In this document: positions 39,899 to 50,483 of the stretch, in pieces
How positions within the stretch are numbered: position 1 is the first letter of the stretch
How the letters are laid out: each line of letters begins with the position of its first letter
Assembly: GCF_023055435.1 (NCBI RefSeq)
Contig: NW_025963780.1
Span: forward strand, 17,856,001-17,920,000
DNA length: 64,000 bases
Reading direction: 5' to 3'
From: Haliotis rufescens
Taxonomy: Eukaryota
Program-made: the position numbers and the translations under genes
The notes under the pieces: generated by a model
Database searches by the model: none
The model's input: the letters and a program-made list of their open reading frames with translations, nothing else
Told to the model about the DNA's origin: nothing

Positions 39899-41575
39899 TT
39901 AGAAGAAGTCCCTGGTGCCAGATAAGAGACTGGAGCTGTACTCAGCCAGGAGAGCTTCCAGGTCCTCCAGAGTGTCCTGGGGCTCCTCCAGCCTTGCCTG
40001 CTTTTCAGCTTGGGGCACCTCGCTTTTGTCATCTGGGCACTTCCTCTTGCGTGAGGGCAGGGACTCCTTACTGGGCTCTGCATTGGGTGTCTTCTTTTTC
40101 CTTAAAATCAGTTTAGTAAGATACAGATATTCCACATCATATTCATCATCAGAGTTTGGCTCAGCTCTGTCCACTGTCTTGGCTGGACTTACACTTGCTG
40201 TTGAAGCAGTGACACCGCCTGACTTAGCACTCTCTGATGCTGAAACAACCTTATCCTTTACATTCTTAACAGGGACAGGCAAGGTCTTGCAACCTGTACT
40301 GGGCAAGACAGACTTTGGCTTTAAGTAAGCACGATCAGCAGACAACAACTGTTCCGCAAAACTAAGCTTAGATGAGGACTTTATGATACCATTACCACCC
40401 GAAGGCTTAGTGATACGGTTTCCCCGGATTCTGCTCTGGATTTTCATGTGCTGAGCTCCAAGAGGCTGCGGCACAAAGTAGGGTTTGCTCTCAGGCTGAT
40501 GCTTGCTCACTTGCTCCTTGGGAATGAGATTCTTTGGTTGAGGTTTTGGTCTGAAAGTGTGGGGCCTGCGTTTGTAGGGTTGGAGCTCAGGTTTTTGCTT
40601 TGGTAGGAGAGGGGTCTTGGAATTGGGTTTGGAGTTGCTTGCTGTAGATACGCCTGGAGTTTCCACATGGGCTACGGGCATGAGTTGTGGTACTGACATG
40701 GGAAGGTCAAGTGGGGGCAGGGCACAGGAGAAGGCCTGATGGGTGATATAGTCAATGTATCATTTTCATATTTTGCAAAAAACAAATATAATCATGCAGG
40801 CTTTTTCAGTTCAGTTATTTAATGATCAAAACCGGGAGCCCAAAACCGTACTTTACCTCTGGTCTCATCAGCTGTAGGTCCATCTCTGAACTGGGCAGGC
40901 TGACAGGCATCATCTCCCTACGTCTACTGCAAGGTGGTGGCTGGACTGCGGGAGGCAGGGGGATACCAGTCACAGATGGCTGAACTCCAGGCTGCAGGAG
41001 TCTTGGCTGTAGGTAACCAGGACCTAGGGAGAGGTTAACAGGATTACCAGCTGGTATCCAGATAGTGTTGTTGTCTACCAGACATCTTGTTCCATCTCCC
41101 ATCACCACTGTTGGCAGCCCGGAGGGCAAGCAGGCAACAGGCACTAAAATAGAGAATTCATTATTTTAACTAAATGAAGACACTAGAAGTGCTTAAATAA
41201 GTATTAAGATTTTGATTGAGACTTGTCGTTTTAATAAATAACAATTCATTAAAACTCAGTCTTTTGAAAAGAAAATCAAGCGTGTCTTTGGGGCTTCTAC
41301 ACTTTCATTTTCACTAAGTTGAACGTGTCCTGTATCATGTTTGGTTTCTATACCCTGCGCTACTAAAACGTTCAGGTTACAAATTACCAATTAAAGTTGT
41401 ATTTTTCAATATAAGGTCTGTACAGAATATGAAAATTGAAATTAGTGTATGGAAACACCAGCGTTAACCATTTTTTTGGTGTGTATTGTGAACACATTAA
41501 AAGTTATCACATGATGCTTTATTGCTGGTAAAAATGCAAATGTCATATAGGCCTACCTGTCGTAGTAGCATTCAT
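39899..41575 (-). CDS. Uncharacterised Pro/Lys/Ser-rich protein, paralog 1 (3 exons, 380 aa)
   Basis: Exons 41575-41557 (MNATTT+G|gtaggc), 41143-40857 (tttag| ... GAG|gtaaag) and 40735-39899 (catcag|GCC). Phases join into an open 1143-nt CDS. The same structure is conserved in paralog 2. Contains RKKK and RKRK NLS-like motifs and an acidic SDDEYDVEY patch. Confidence 0.75.
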
Positions 41576-41649
41576 AGTTTTCTGCACCTCTTCAAGTCGT
41601 ACACACTTTTCGAGTCATATAAAAATTGGACGATAAAACTGAGAACACT

Positions 41650-41710
41650 TCCAGTGATATCTCTCAAAATGGCTGACACACAGGAAGGGCTAACTGTTGT
41701 CATGACGCTA
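41650..41710 (-). promoter_or_regulatory. Conserved upstream/5'UTR block of the paralog pair (CTTCCTGTGTGTCAGCCATTTTG; YY1/ETS-like)
   Basis: Same block at 54250-54310 upstream of paralog 2, while flanking DNA is unrelated. Confidence 0.5.
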
Positions 41711-41946
41711 CTACGGGCAAAACCACGCATGCGTCGACGTTATAAATTAACTTGCACACTCCGACGCAGTGGTGACTCAGCATAACAGTTCAGATTTAAA
41801 AAGGAGAAAAAAAGCGTTATGAGAAGTGAAGGTCATTTCAAGGGAAGCTACTTTAGTTTGAAAGTTTGGCATGTAAATAGAGTTACCCGTCTTGAATGAG
41901 GATTTTATTAGCGTTTGAATGAATCATAAAACTACTAAAGTTTCAA

Positions 41947-42164
41947 GTGACCCGTGAAGATCCGGGGTAGAATAGGTCTTTGAGCAACCCATGCTTGCCG
42001 TAAAAGGCGACAAACGGGATCGGGTGGTCAGGCTCGCTGACTTGATTGATGCATGTCATCGGTCCCAATTACGTGGATCGATGCTCATGATGTCAATCAC
42101 TGGATTGTCTGGTCTCGACTGGAATATTGCTGAGTGCGGCGTAAAACAACCAACCAACAAACAA
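41947..42164 (+). mobile_element. SINE family A with 13-bp TSD
   Basis: TSD ACTAAAGTTTCAA at 41934-41946 and 42165-42177; (AAAC/CCAA)n tail. Confidence 0.9.
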
Positions 42165-42844
42165 ACTAAAGTTTCAAAAATGTCATGCTTGCAATGATGC
42201 GGTTTATGTGGCATTCGGTATAACATAAATTACACTGTCACTAATTATGTTAAGATTTAGACTGTTCCTTCTCAATGTATATATTAATTTATAGTTAGTG
42301 ATGTTAATGTATGTTTCTGTCTCAGGTCTAGTGTGTTCACAATGGCCGCCACAACAACCAGGAGTCATCTAAATATCACCGCTAATCATCCATCAGGCTT
42401 AAAAAATGGTTATGTTAAAGGATGACGTATTCGTGCATGACAATTATGAATAATTAAATATATCCTTATGTTATGAAATAAATTAATTAGAGGTTGATCT
42501 AATGAAGTCATTATTTATGATATATTAACTCATTTAAAATTATGGAAAGTGTTTTTGGAATCTAGTTGTATTGTAATGTGGCTTGTTTTATGATAAAAGA
42601 ACAGCATGATACTCTTGAAACTTGAAACCCTTAAAGTTAAATCATTTTGGTAAAACTCATTGCTGTCAAATATCACTGCATTTGTTGAAGAATAATTAAG
42701 ATTAATACATATATAGCTTTACCATAGTGTTACTTTAGAACCACGTAGACATATAAAGCCTCAGGGAACCGCCCTGTGTATGATACAGTAACAAATGACG
42801 TACAGCCATGTTTGTTTACGTAAGCACTTACACATCAGGAGGGA

Positions 42845-43090
42845 GCACGGGTGGCCCAGTCATCTAAGGCGCCACAATTCGCTCTGCAGAGTTGCGTCCC
42901 TTATGCACGTTTGAAAGCTACGATCGCCCCGATTATGTTTCCAGGTTGGTCAACACCATACCCGTGCAAGTTGGTTTCACCAAAGTGGTAAACGTCTGAG
43001 ACATTTCCTCCCACATTCAGCTGACACGCCGTGATATAAAAGGAATACTGTTATACGGAGTTAAACACAACTCACTCACTCACTCACTCA
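42845..43090 (+). mobile_element. tRNA-derived SINE family B
   Basis: GGGTGGCCCAGTCATCTAAGGCGCC tRNA-Leu-like head; (ACTC)n tail; homologous to 5104-5345. Confidence 0.75.
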
Positions 43091-43225
43091 CACATCGGGA
43101 CATCGCTAACTAATGATGCAGGGAAAGTTTTGCAAAGTAAGCAAGTAAACACCACATCGATGTGAGGAGCATTGCAAATAAGTAGTTTCTGCCAGGTAAC
43201 CAATTTTGCATATTTATCCATTATA

Positions 43226-44729
43226 AACTTAGGGCCAAAAGATACGTTACCAACATTAATTGATGTGCCACTTTGAAACAAAGATGCCAACCTGTTCAAA
43301 AACAGTAAAGAACACATCTCACGAATACAGCCTTCATGTTCTCTGTCGTTCTTTGCACGTGCTTTGCGGATTTGGGGAGATGGTGGTGTTTTTCAGCAAT
43401 TTTTAAAACATTCTTTCCCAAATTATCGTGTAATTCCCGGGTATAAATTACGCACGGATCTGTTCCCTATCATTGGTTGCGATGATTAACACCAACAAAC
43501 ATGCCAAGACTGACCTCTGTCCAGAGGGAGAGAGCCATAGGTATGCTGCAGATGGGAGCGACACAGAGAGCGGTTGCCATTAACATGAACTGCTCCAAGG
43601 TGACCATTACCAGGCTGGTCGCACGTCTCCGACAGACTGGCAGAACCGCAGACAGACTACGGAGTGGCAGACCAAAGGTCACGACCCCGCAGGATGACCG
43701 CTTTTTACGGGTACTTCATCTGAGGAACAGATTTCTTACTGTGACGTCATCAGCTGCCAACAGCTTAGGACATCCGGTCAGCAGACTAACAGTGACAAGA
43801 CGACTACGACATTATGGTCTCCGGGCTTATCGCCCTTTCAAGGGCATGATCTTGACCAGTCAACATCGACGGCCAGATTGACGTGGTCCAGGCAAACTCA
43901 GCGATGGCAACAAAGGGAATAGCGGCGAGTGCTGTTTAGTGACGAGAGCAGGTTCTAACTCTTCAAACCTGATGGGCGGACGCGAGTTTATCGACGACGT
44001 GGTGAACCAGGAGGTGGAACCTTACGGGGGCGGAAGTGTGATGGTCTGGGGCGGCATTTGCGGGGACGAGAAGACGGAACTTGTCATCATTGAAGGCAAT
44101 CTGACAGCACAACGCTACATTGACAATATCTTACGGCCAGTGGTTCTTCCTTTCATCCAGCGTCAACAACGGAAGGTGTTCCAACAAGATAACGCCACAC
44201 CCCATAAAGCCCGTATTACTAGAGACTTCCTCAACGCCAACAATGTGACTGTCCTGCCGTGGCAAGCTCGATCACCAGATCTGTCACCCATAGAACATCT
44301 CTGGGACCATCTGGGGCGTCGTCTTCGGAAACGTCAACATCCTCCCATCACGAGACAAGCGTTTATCGTTGCCCTCCGTGACAAATGGAATCGGATACCT
44401 GCGGTCGATGTGAGGACGCTTGTCTACTCAGTTCGACGCCGCATTCGAAGATGCATTGCCGCTGGAGGTCATATCCCGTATTGAACGGTCTGGGCCGTCG
44501 TCATCCTAAAGTTGTAACCAATGTTGTTGATCGAATACTGGACAGTGACCCCTTGTCAAGAATTGTCCCCATTGGAGGTCAAGGACTTTGTTGTTAAATT
44601 AGTAAATTCGCATTTTACTGTTCTGAATGATGAATTTCTACAATACAATTGTTAATGCTGCTTCAAAATTGTGTTGGTCATATTTTATCCTAGAAATATC
44701 GTTGGTAACGTTTCCTTTGGCCGTCAGTT
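43226..44729 (+). mobile_element. Tc1/mariner (DD34E) DNA transposon, defective
   Basis: Imperfect ~30-bp TIRs (AACTTAGGGCCAAAAGATACGTTACCAAC / GTTGGTAACGTTTCCTTTGGCCGTCAGTT), TA on both sides, transposase remnant inside. Confidence 0.9.
43501..44484 (+). pseudogene. Tc1-like transposase pseudogene
   Basis: Paired-like HTH N-terminus with GRPKVTT; VLFSDESRF, VMVWGGI, FQQDNATPH and SPDLSPIEHLW motifs (D34E spacing). Broken by frameshifts and a stop near 43870-44000. Confidence 0.9.
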
Positions 44730-45229
44730 TATGTTTGGCAACATCGTTGAGTGCAGATGGTGGTACCTAAATCATACAAATAATCGGTCGGTACCGTCAA
44801 CACAAAGTGATATGATAATAGTCTCAAGAAGAAAGTAACTCCATTCTTAATCTCCTTGCCAACATTTAATCTGAATGTTTAACCTCATTGTAAAGCAACA
44901 TATCTTATATATACCAAAATATACGCTCTCTGGGGGTTCTGGGTTTTTAAAGTAATACCACAATTGAAGAATACGCTTTTTTATCAATTTAAAGGTAACC
45001 AAATTGTTTAGATTACTGCAATGAACAAATCAAAGAATATTATGGTTCGACACATTTTCATTTAGTTTAAGAGGCCAGGGGAACGACTATAGCAGGAAGA
45101 TTGAGGTAGCGGTAGGGGTATGATGGGTTGTGTGGGGAGGGGCACTTGTAGAGATGAGGGAGGAAGTAAGAATGCTAGAGGACGGAGATAAATGCATGGT
45201 AGTATGAGAGGCAAGGACATTTGAGGGGT

Positions 45230-45665
45230 GGTTGGGGTGGGGTTGAAGGTAGGGGCAAGGAGAATTGGGGGACATAGGGCTATGAGAAGGGAAGTTAAAT
45301 ACAGAGGTAGGATGAAGGTAGGGGCAATGGGAATTGGGGAACATGGGGCTATGAGAGGGGAAGAGAACTGTTGTGGTAGGACGAAGGTAGGGAAGGGGAA
45401 TTGGGAACCATGGGGCGATGAGAGGGGAAGTTAACTACATTGGTAGGACGAAGGTAGGGACAGTGGGAATTGGGGGACATGGGGCTATGAGAGGGGAAGA
45501 GAACTGTTTTGGTAGGACAAAGCTCGTAGGTGCAAGGAGAATTTGGAAACATGGGGCGATGGGAGGGGAAGTTAGCTACAGTCGCAGGACGAAGGTAGGG
45601 GCAAAGGGAATTGTGGGGCATGGGTCTATGATAGGGGAAGAGAACTGCAGTGGCAGGGCTAAGGT
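45230..45665. repeat. Degenerate ~59-bp purine-rich tandem repeat
   Basis: GGTAGGACGAAGGTAGGGGCA..GGGAATTGGGGGACATGGGGCTATGAGAGGGGAAG recurs. A related fragment lies at ~46230-46460. Confidence 0.8.
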
Positions 45666-46513
45666 ATACAGTAGTAATACAATATTCAATGGCAAAGTAT
45701 AAAATGATGACAGTGGTCAGTATCAAATACCAAAATACAGTGGTGATAGCAAAAGTCAGTGATAATAACATATATATTCACCAAGCGGCAACAGTGGTCA
45801 AACTTCTTTGATGTGCTAGGCAGGGAATTAGGGATCATGAGCGATCCTCACAAGAACACTGGTCTTAATGTGATGAACTGTGTGAGAGATGCGTAAACAC
45901 GCTCTTGTCTCTTTATTTACTACCAACCTAGCTACTGGAAAGTCCTACACAGTGCCCTCACCAGTCTAGCAGCACTAGAACATAACAGAAGTCTCTATAA
46001 CATACTATCACCGTCCGTACCGGACTGGAAGATTACCCACCACACTAGCATCTAAATATAATAACTTCCTGACGACTGATCACTGTCCAAACATAATGCA
46101 ATGAGCGGGTACCGACGTTACAATTACTGCCAAACAATAAAATACGCTGCCATATAACAAGGGCAATATGTGGGTATGAGACAGTGTGGTATACCGTATG
46201 TAATTTACGACTGTGGTAAAATCATAGGGACATGGGGGTATGAGAACAGGAGGTAACTATAGGAGTAGGATGAAGGCAGCGGTAGGGGGAAATGTTGAAA
46301 ATGGAGATGTGAGAGGAAGGGAGGATATTTGGAGGACAAGTAAAGGCAGTGGGGACGGGGGTATGAGAGGGGAAAGGAACTATAGCTGAGCACGGGGAAA
46401 AGGGTAGGGCGAAAAAGATTGGGGACTTGGGGTTATGAGGTGGAAAGGGAACTATTAGTTGGGGGACAGAGATGACATTGAAGTGCCAAATTCAGTTGAC
46501 CATTGCTCAATAT

Positions 46514-46760
46514 ACCCGTGTAGATCCGGGGTAGAATAGGTCTTCAGCAACCCATGCTTGCCGTAAAAGGCGACTAACGAGATCGGGTGGTCAGGCTCGC
46601 TGACTTGGTTGATGCATGTCATCGATCCCAATGGCGTGGATCGATGTTCATGATGTAAATCACTGGATTGTCCGGTCCAGACTCGATTATTTACAGACCG
46701 CCGTCATATAGCTGGAATATTGCTCAGTGCGGCGTTAAACAAAAAAACAAACCAAAAACC
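46514..46760 (+). mobile_element. SINE family A, full length
   Basis: CCCGTGTAGATCCGGGG...GCGGCGTTAAAC followed by an A/C-rich tail. Confidence 0.9.
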
Positions 46761-47929
46761 CCCAAAAATCTCAAAGTAATAATGGAATAGCGCCTTCGTA
46801 ATTCCCTGTAATAGCCCTTGAGGCGTTGTGAAAATTATAAACAGTTGAACACATAGCTGTCATGGACATTTTGTGTTGCACATTCTGACAGACAACAGAA
46901 TAACTCGTAGACTCTGGCAATGTATAGTTCACCAGTTACCCATGTTCGTCTTTAGAATGTGTTGACGAACATGACTGCTGCGTATGAATAGCGATTGATG
47001 GAGGACCAGCTGTGACATGCATATTGTATCAGCTTATGGCCAGTGTTTATCAGTGTGTGTCTTCGTATACTATGAATCATCTACTCGTTCCACTAACCAT
47101 GAGTTTGTCTGGTCCAGGCTGGATTACCTTACATACCGCCATGATATAGTTGCAATATTGTTGATTACCTCAATCACTCATTCATGAGTACGTTAAATAA
47201 CATGTGTTACGTTTCTGTCGCTTCACGAAGAGATGCACGTGAGGTTATACGGGTACTTTACCCCTATATATGTTTGGTTGTTTGGAGAATGATATATATA
47301 ATAATGCTGCCTATTTCCAGTCAGTCACTCATGAATTTCCTTATACAAATGTTGTATTATGGTCGACATTTGTCTTCTCTTTTGAAGAATGGTACAGCTG
47401 TATATATATATTGTCCATTGCCCCACACACCCACACAAGAACTTGCTGAAACATTTCTGATCATACATTCCCGAATACAAGAGTACGGTTTCCTCTCGAT
47501 GGACACACCACATGTAGTCTCTTTTTTTTATAATGGTAAAATAATATATATTTCGTATACGATGTAAAATGTTACCTCACTCACCCTCTGATAATGAGCT
47601 GACAGTACTTCATAAGGTGTGTAGATGTTTTGCACAAAATTGTCCCTGTACATTAATTGACTCCATGACAACTTTCTGAGTAAAATACAACATAACTGCT
47701 ATTTAGACTGCCGAGGTATTTTTATTGGGAAAGAACGTAAATATATCCAATTCATGTATTTCAGTTACATCCAAAATAAACGGCCTCCGACCTCCCCTCA
47801 CAGCCGTCCCTATCCACTCAAGATGTGAATACAAAAGCGTATAGTGACTTAGCATATATTTCTCTTTACTCGATGTATGTGTGAATAATTAAACATCATA
47901 ACAAGTTTCAGTTCAAGGAAATTCAATTA

Positions 47930-50185
47930 CGAGTAGAGTAGGACAATAACAAAGAGAGTAGATTAGGACAGTACAGAGGAGGTTAGAGTAGGACAGTACA
48001 GAACAGGGTAGAGTAGGACAGTACAGAGAGGGTAGAGTAGGAGAGTACCGAGTAGGGTAGAGTAGGTCAGTCCATACTACATAGTAGTGTAGAGTAAGGC
48101 TGTACAGAGGAGGGTGAACTAGGGCTATACATAGTAGGGTAGAGTAGGACAGTACAGAGGAGGGTGAACGAGAGCAATACATAGTAGGGTAGAGTAGGAC
48201 AGTACAGAGTAAGGTGGAGTAGAACAGTGCAGAGCAGGGTAGAGTACGACAGTACAGAGTAGGGCAGATTAGGACAGTACAGACTACTACAGAGTAGGGT
48301 AGAGTAGGGCAGTACAGAGTAGGGTAGAGTAGGACAGTACAGAGTAGGGTAGAGTAAGGCAGTACAGAGTAGGGTAGAGTAGGACAGTACAGAGTAGGGT
48401 TGAGTAGGACAGTACAGAGTAGGGTAGTGTAGGACAGTACAGAGTAAGGTTGAGTAGGACAGTACAGAGTAGGGTAGAGTAGGACAGTACAGAGTAGGAT
48501 AGAGTAGGACAGTACAGACTATTACAGAGGAGAGTAGAGTAGGACAGTGCAGAGGAGGGTAGAGTAGGATAGTACAGAGTAGGGTTGAGTAGGACAGTAC
48601 AGAGTAGGGTAGAGTAGGACAGTACAGAGTAAGGTAGAGTAGGACAGTGCAGAGCAGGGTAGAGTACGACAGTACAGAGTAGGGCAGATTAGGACAGTAC
48701 AGAGTAGGGTAGAGTAAGGCAGTACAGAGTAGGGTAGAGTAGGACAGTACAGACTATTACAGAGGAGAGTAGAGTAGGACAGTGCAGAGGAGGGTAGAGT
48801 AGAACAGTGCAGAGCAGGGTAGAGTACGACAGTACAGAGTAGGGCAGATTAGGACAGTACAGACTACTACAGAGTAGGGTAGAGTAGGGCAATACAGAGT
48901 AGGGTAGAGTAGGACAGTACAGAGTAGGGTAGAGTAGGACAGTACAGACTTTTACAGAGGAGAGTAGAGTAGGATAGTACAGAGGAGGGTAGAGTAGGAC
49001 AGTACAGAGTAGGGTTGAGTAGGACAGTACAGAGTAGGGTAGAGTAGGACAGTACAGAGTAAGGTTGAGTAGGACAGTACAGAGTAGGGTGGAGTAGGAC
49101 AGTACAGAGTAGGGTAGAGTAGGACAGTACAGACTATTACAGAGGAGAGTAGAGTAGGACAGTGCAGAGGAGGGTAGAGTAGGACAGTACAGGGTAGGGT
49201 TGAGTAGGACAGTACAGAGTAGGGTAGAGTAGGACAGTACATAGTAGGGTAGAGTAGGACAGTACAGAGTAGTGTAGAGTAGGACAGTACAGAGTAGGGT
49301 AGAGTAGGACAATAGAGAGGAGGGTTGAGTAGGACAGTACAGAGGAGGGTAGAGTAGGACAATAAAGAGGAGAGTAGAGAAGGATAGTACTGGGTGAGTA
49401 GAGGAGGGTAGAGTAGGACAGTACAGAGGAGGGTAGAGTAGGACAGTACAGAGGAAGCTAGTGTAGGACAGTACAGAGGAAGCTAGAGTAGGACAGTACA
49501 GAGTAGGGGAGACTAAGACAAAAGTAGGGTAGAGTAGGACAGTACAAAGAAAGGTAGACTAAGACAAACGTAGCGTAGAGTTGGACAGTAAAGAGGAGGC
49601 TAGGGTAGGACAGTACAGAGTATGGTAGAGTAGGACAATACAGAGGAGGGTAGAGTAGGACAGTACAGAGTAGGGTAGGGGAAGGTAGAGTGGGACAGTA
49701 CAGAGGAGGGTAGAGTAGGACAGTATAAAGTAGGGTAGACTAAGACAAACGTAGGGTAGAGTAGGACAGTGAAGAGGAGGGTAGAGTAGGACAGTACAGA
49801 GTATGATAGAGTAGGACAGCACAGAGTAAGGCAGAGTAGGTCAGAACAGAGTAGGGTAGACTAAGACAAACAGGGTAGAGTAGGACAGTACAGAGGAGGG
49901 TAGAGGAGGTCAGTACAGAGTAGGTAGAGTAGGGCAGTACAGAGTAGGGGGGAGTAGGACAGTACAGAGTAGGGTAGAGCAGGACAGTACAGAATAAGAT
50001 AGAGTAGGACAGTACAGAGTAGGGTAGGGTAGGACAGTACAGAGTAGGGTAGAGTAGGACAGCACAGAGTAAAGTAGAGTAGGACAGTACATAGTAGGGT
50101 AGAGTAGGACAGTACAGACTAGGGTAGAGTAGGACAGTACAGAGTGAGGTAGAGTAGGACAGTACATAGTAGGGTAGAGTAGTAC
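47930..50185. repeat. 25-bp satellite (GAGTAGGACAGTACAGAGTAGGGTA) downstream of paralog 2
   Basis: Same unit as 38135-39740, in the equivalent position relative to the gene. Confidence 0.95.
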
Positions 50186-50483
50186 CAAATGGCACAGAGT
50201 AAGATGGGGTTCACAAGAATAAGAGGAATATAGATAAATGGGGTAGAATACCACAGACAGAGAAATTGCAGGGCACAGAATATAGCACGATATTCTGTAG
50301 ATTGTAGATGAATAAGACATTGGGCAGTATACCTATAAGTTTCTTTTCAGATAAAGCAGAACCGGTAGCAGATGGTTGACAGCCTTGAGCAAGTAAAGCT
50401 TAGAGAAAGATCACCATATACTTACATTAACCTAACCACTATACACTAATCTATACCTACCTGTCCTCTACACTTTACAGTGT

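Noticed and set aside
39895-40328. Plus-strand ORFs overlapping the paralog exon (also 50480-50913)
   Set aside because: Antisense shadows. Splice signals and phases support only the minus strand.
41951-42020. Calling the SINE A head an HDV-like or pistol ribozyme
   Set aside because: It has CUAA and AAUAG look-alike segments, but the helix order and the P3/L3 residues do not match either consensus. Kept only as an unclassified candidate.
45869-46158. Possible solo LTR (TG...CA with a minus-strand AATAAA)
   Set aside because: No TSD, no second copy and no internal retroelement sequence.
26841-50320. YSTLLCTVLL / YCPTLPYSVLS repeat ORFs
   Set aside because: Translations of the 25-bp satellite.
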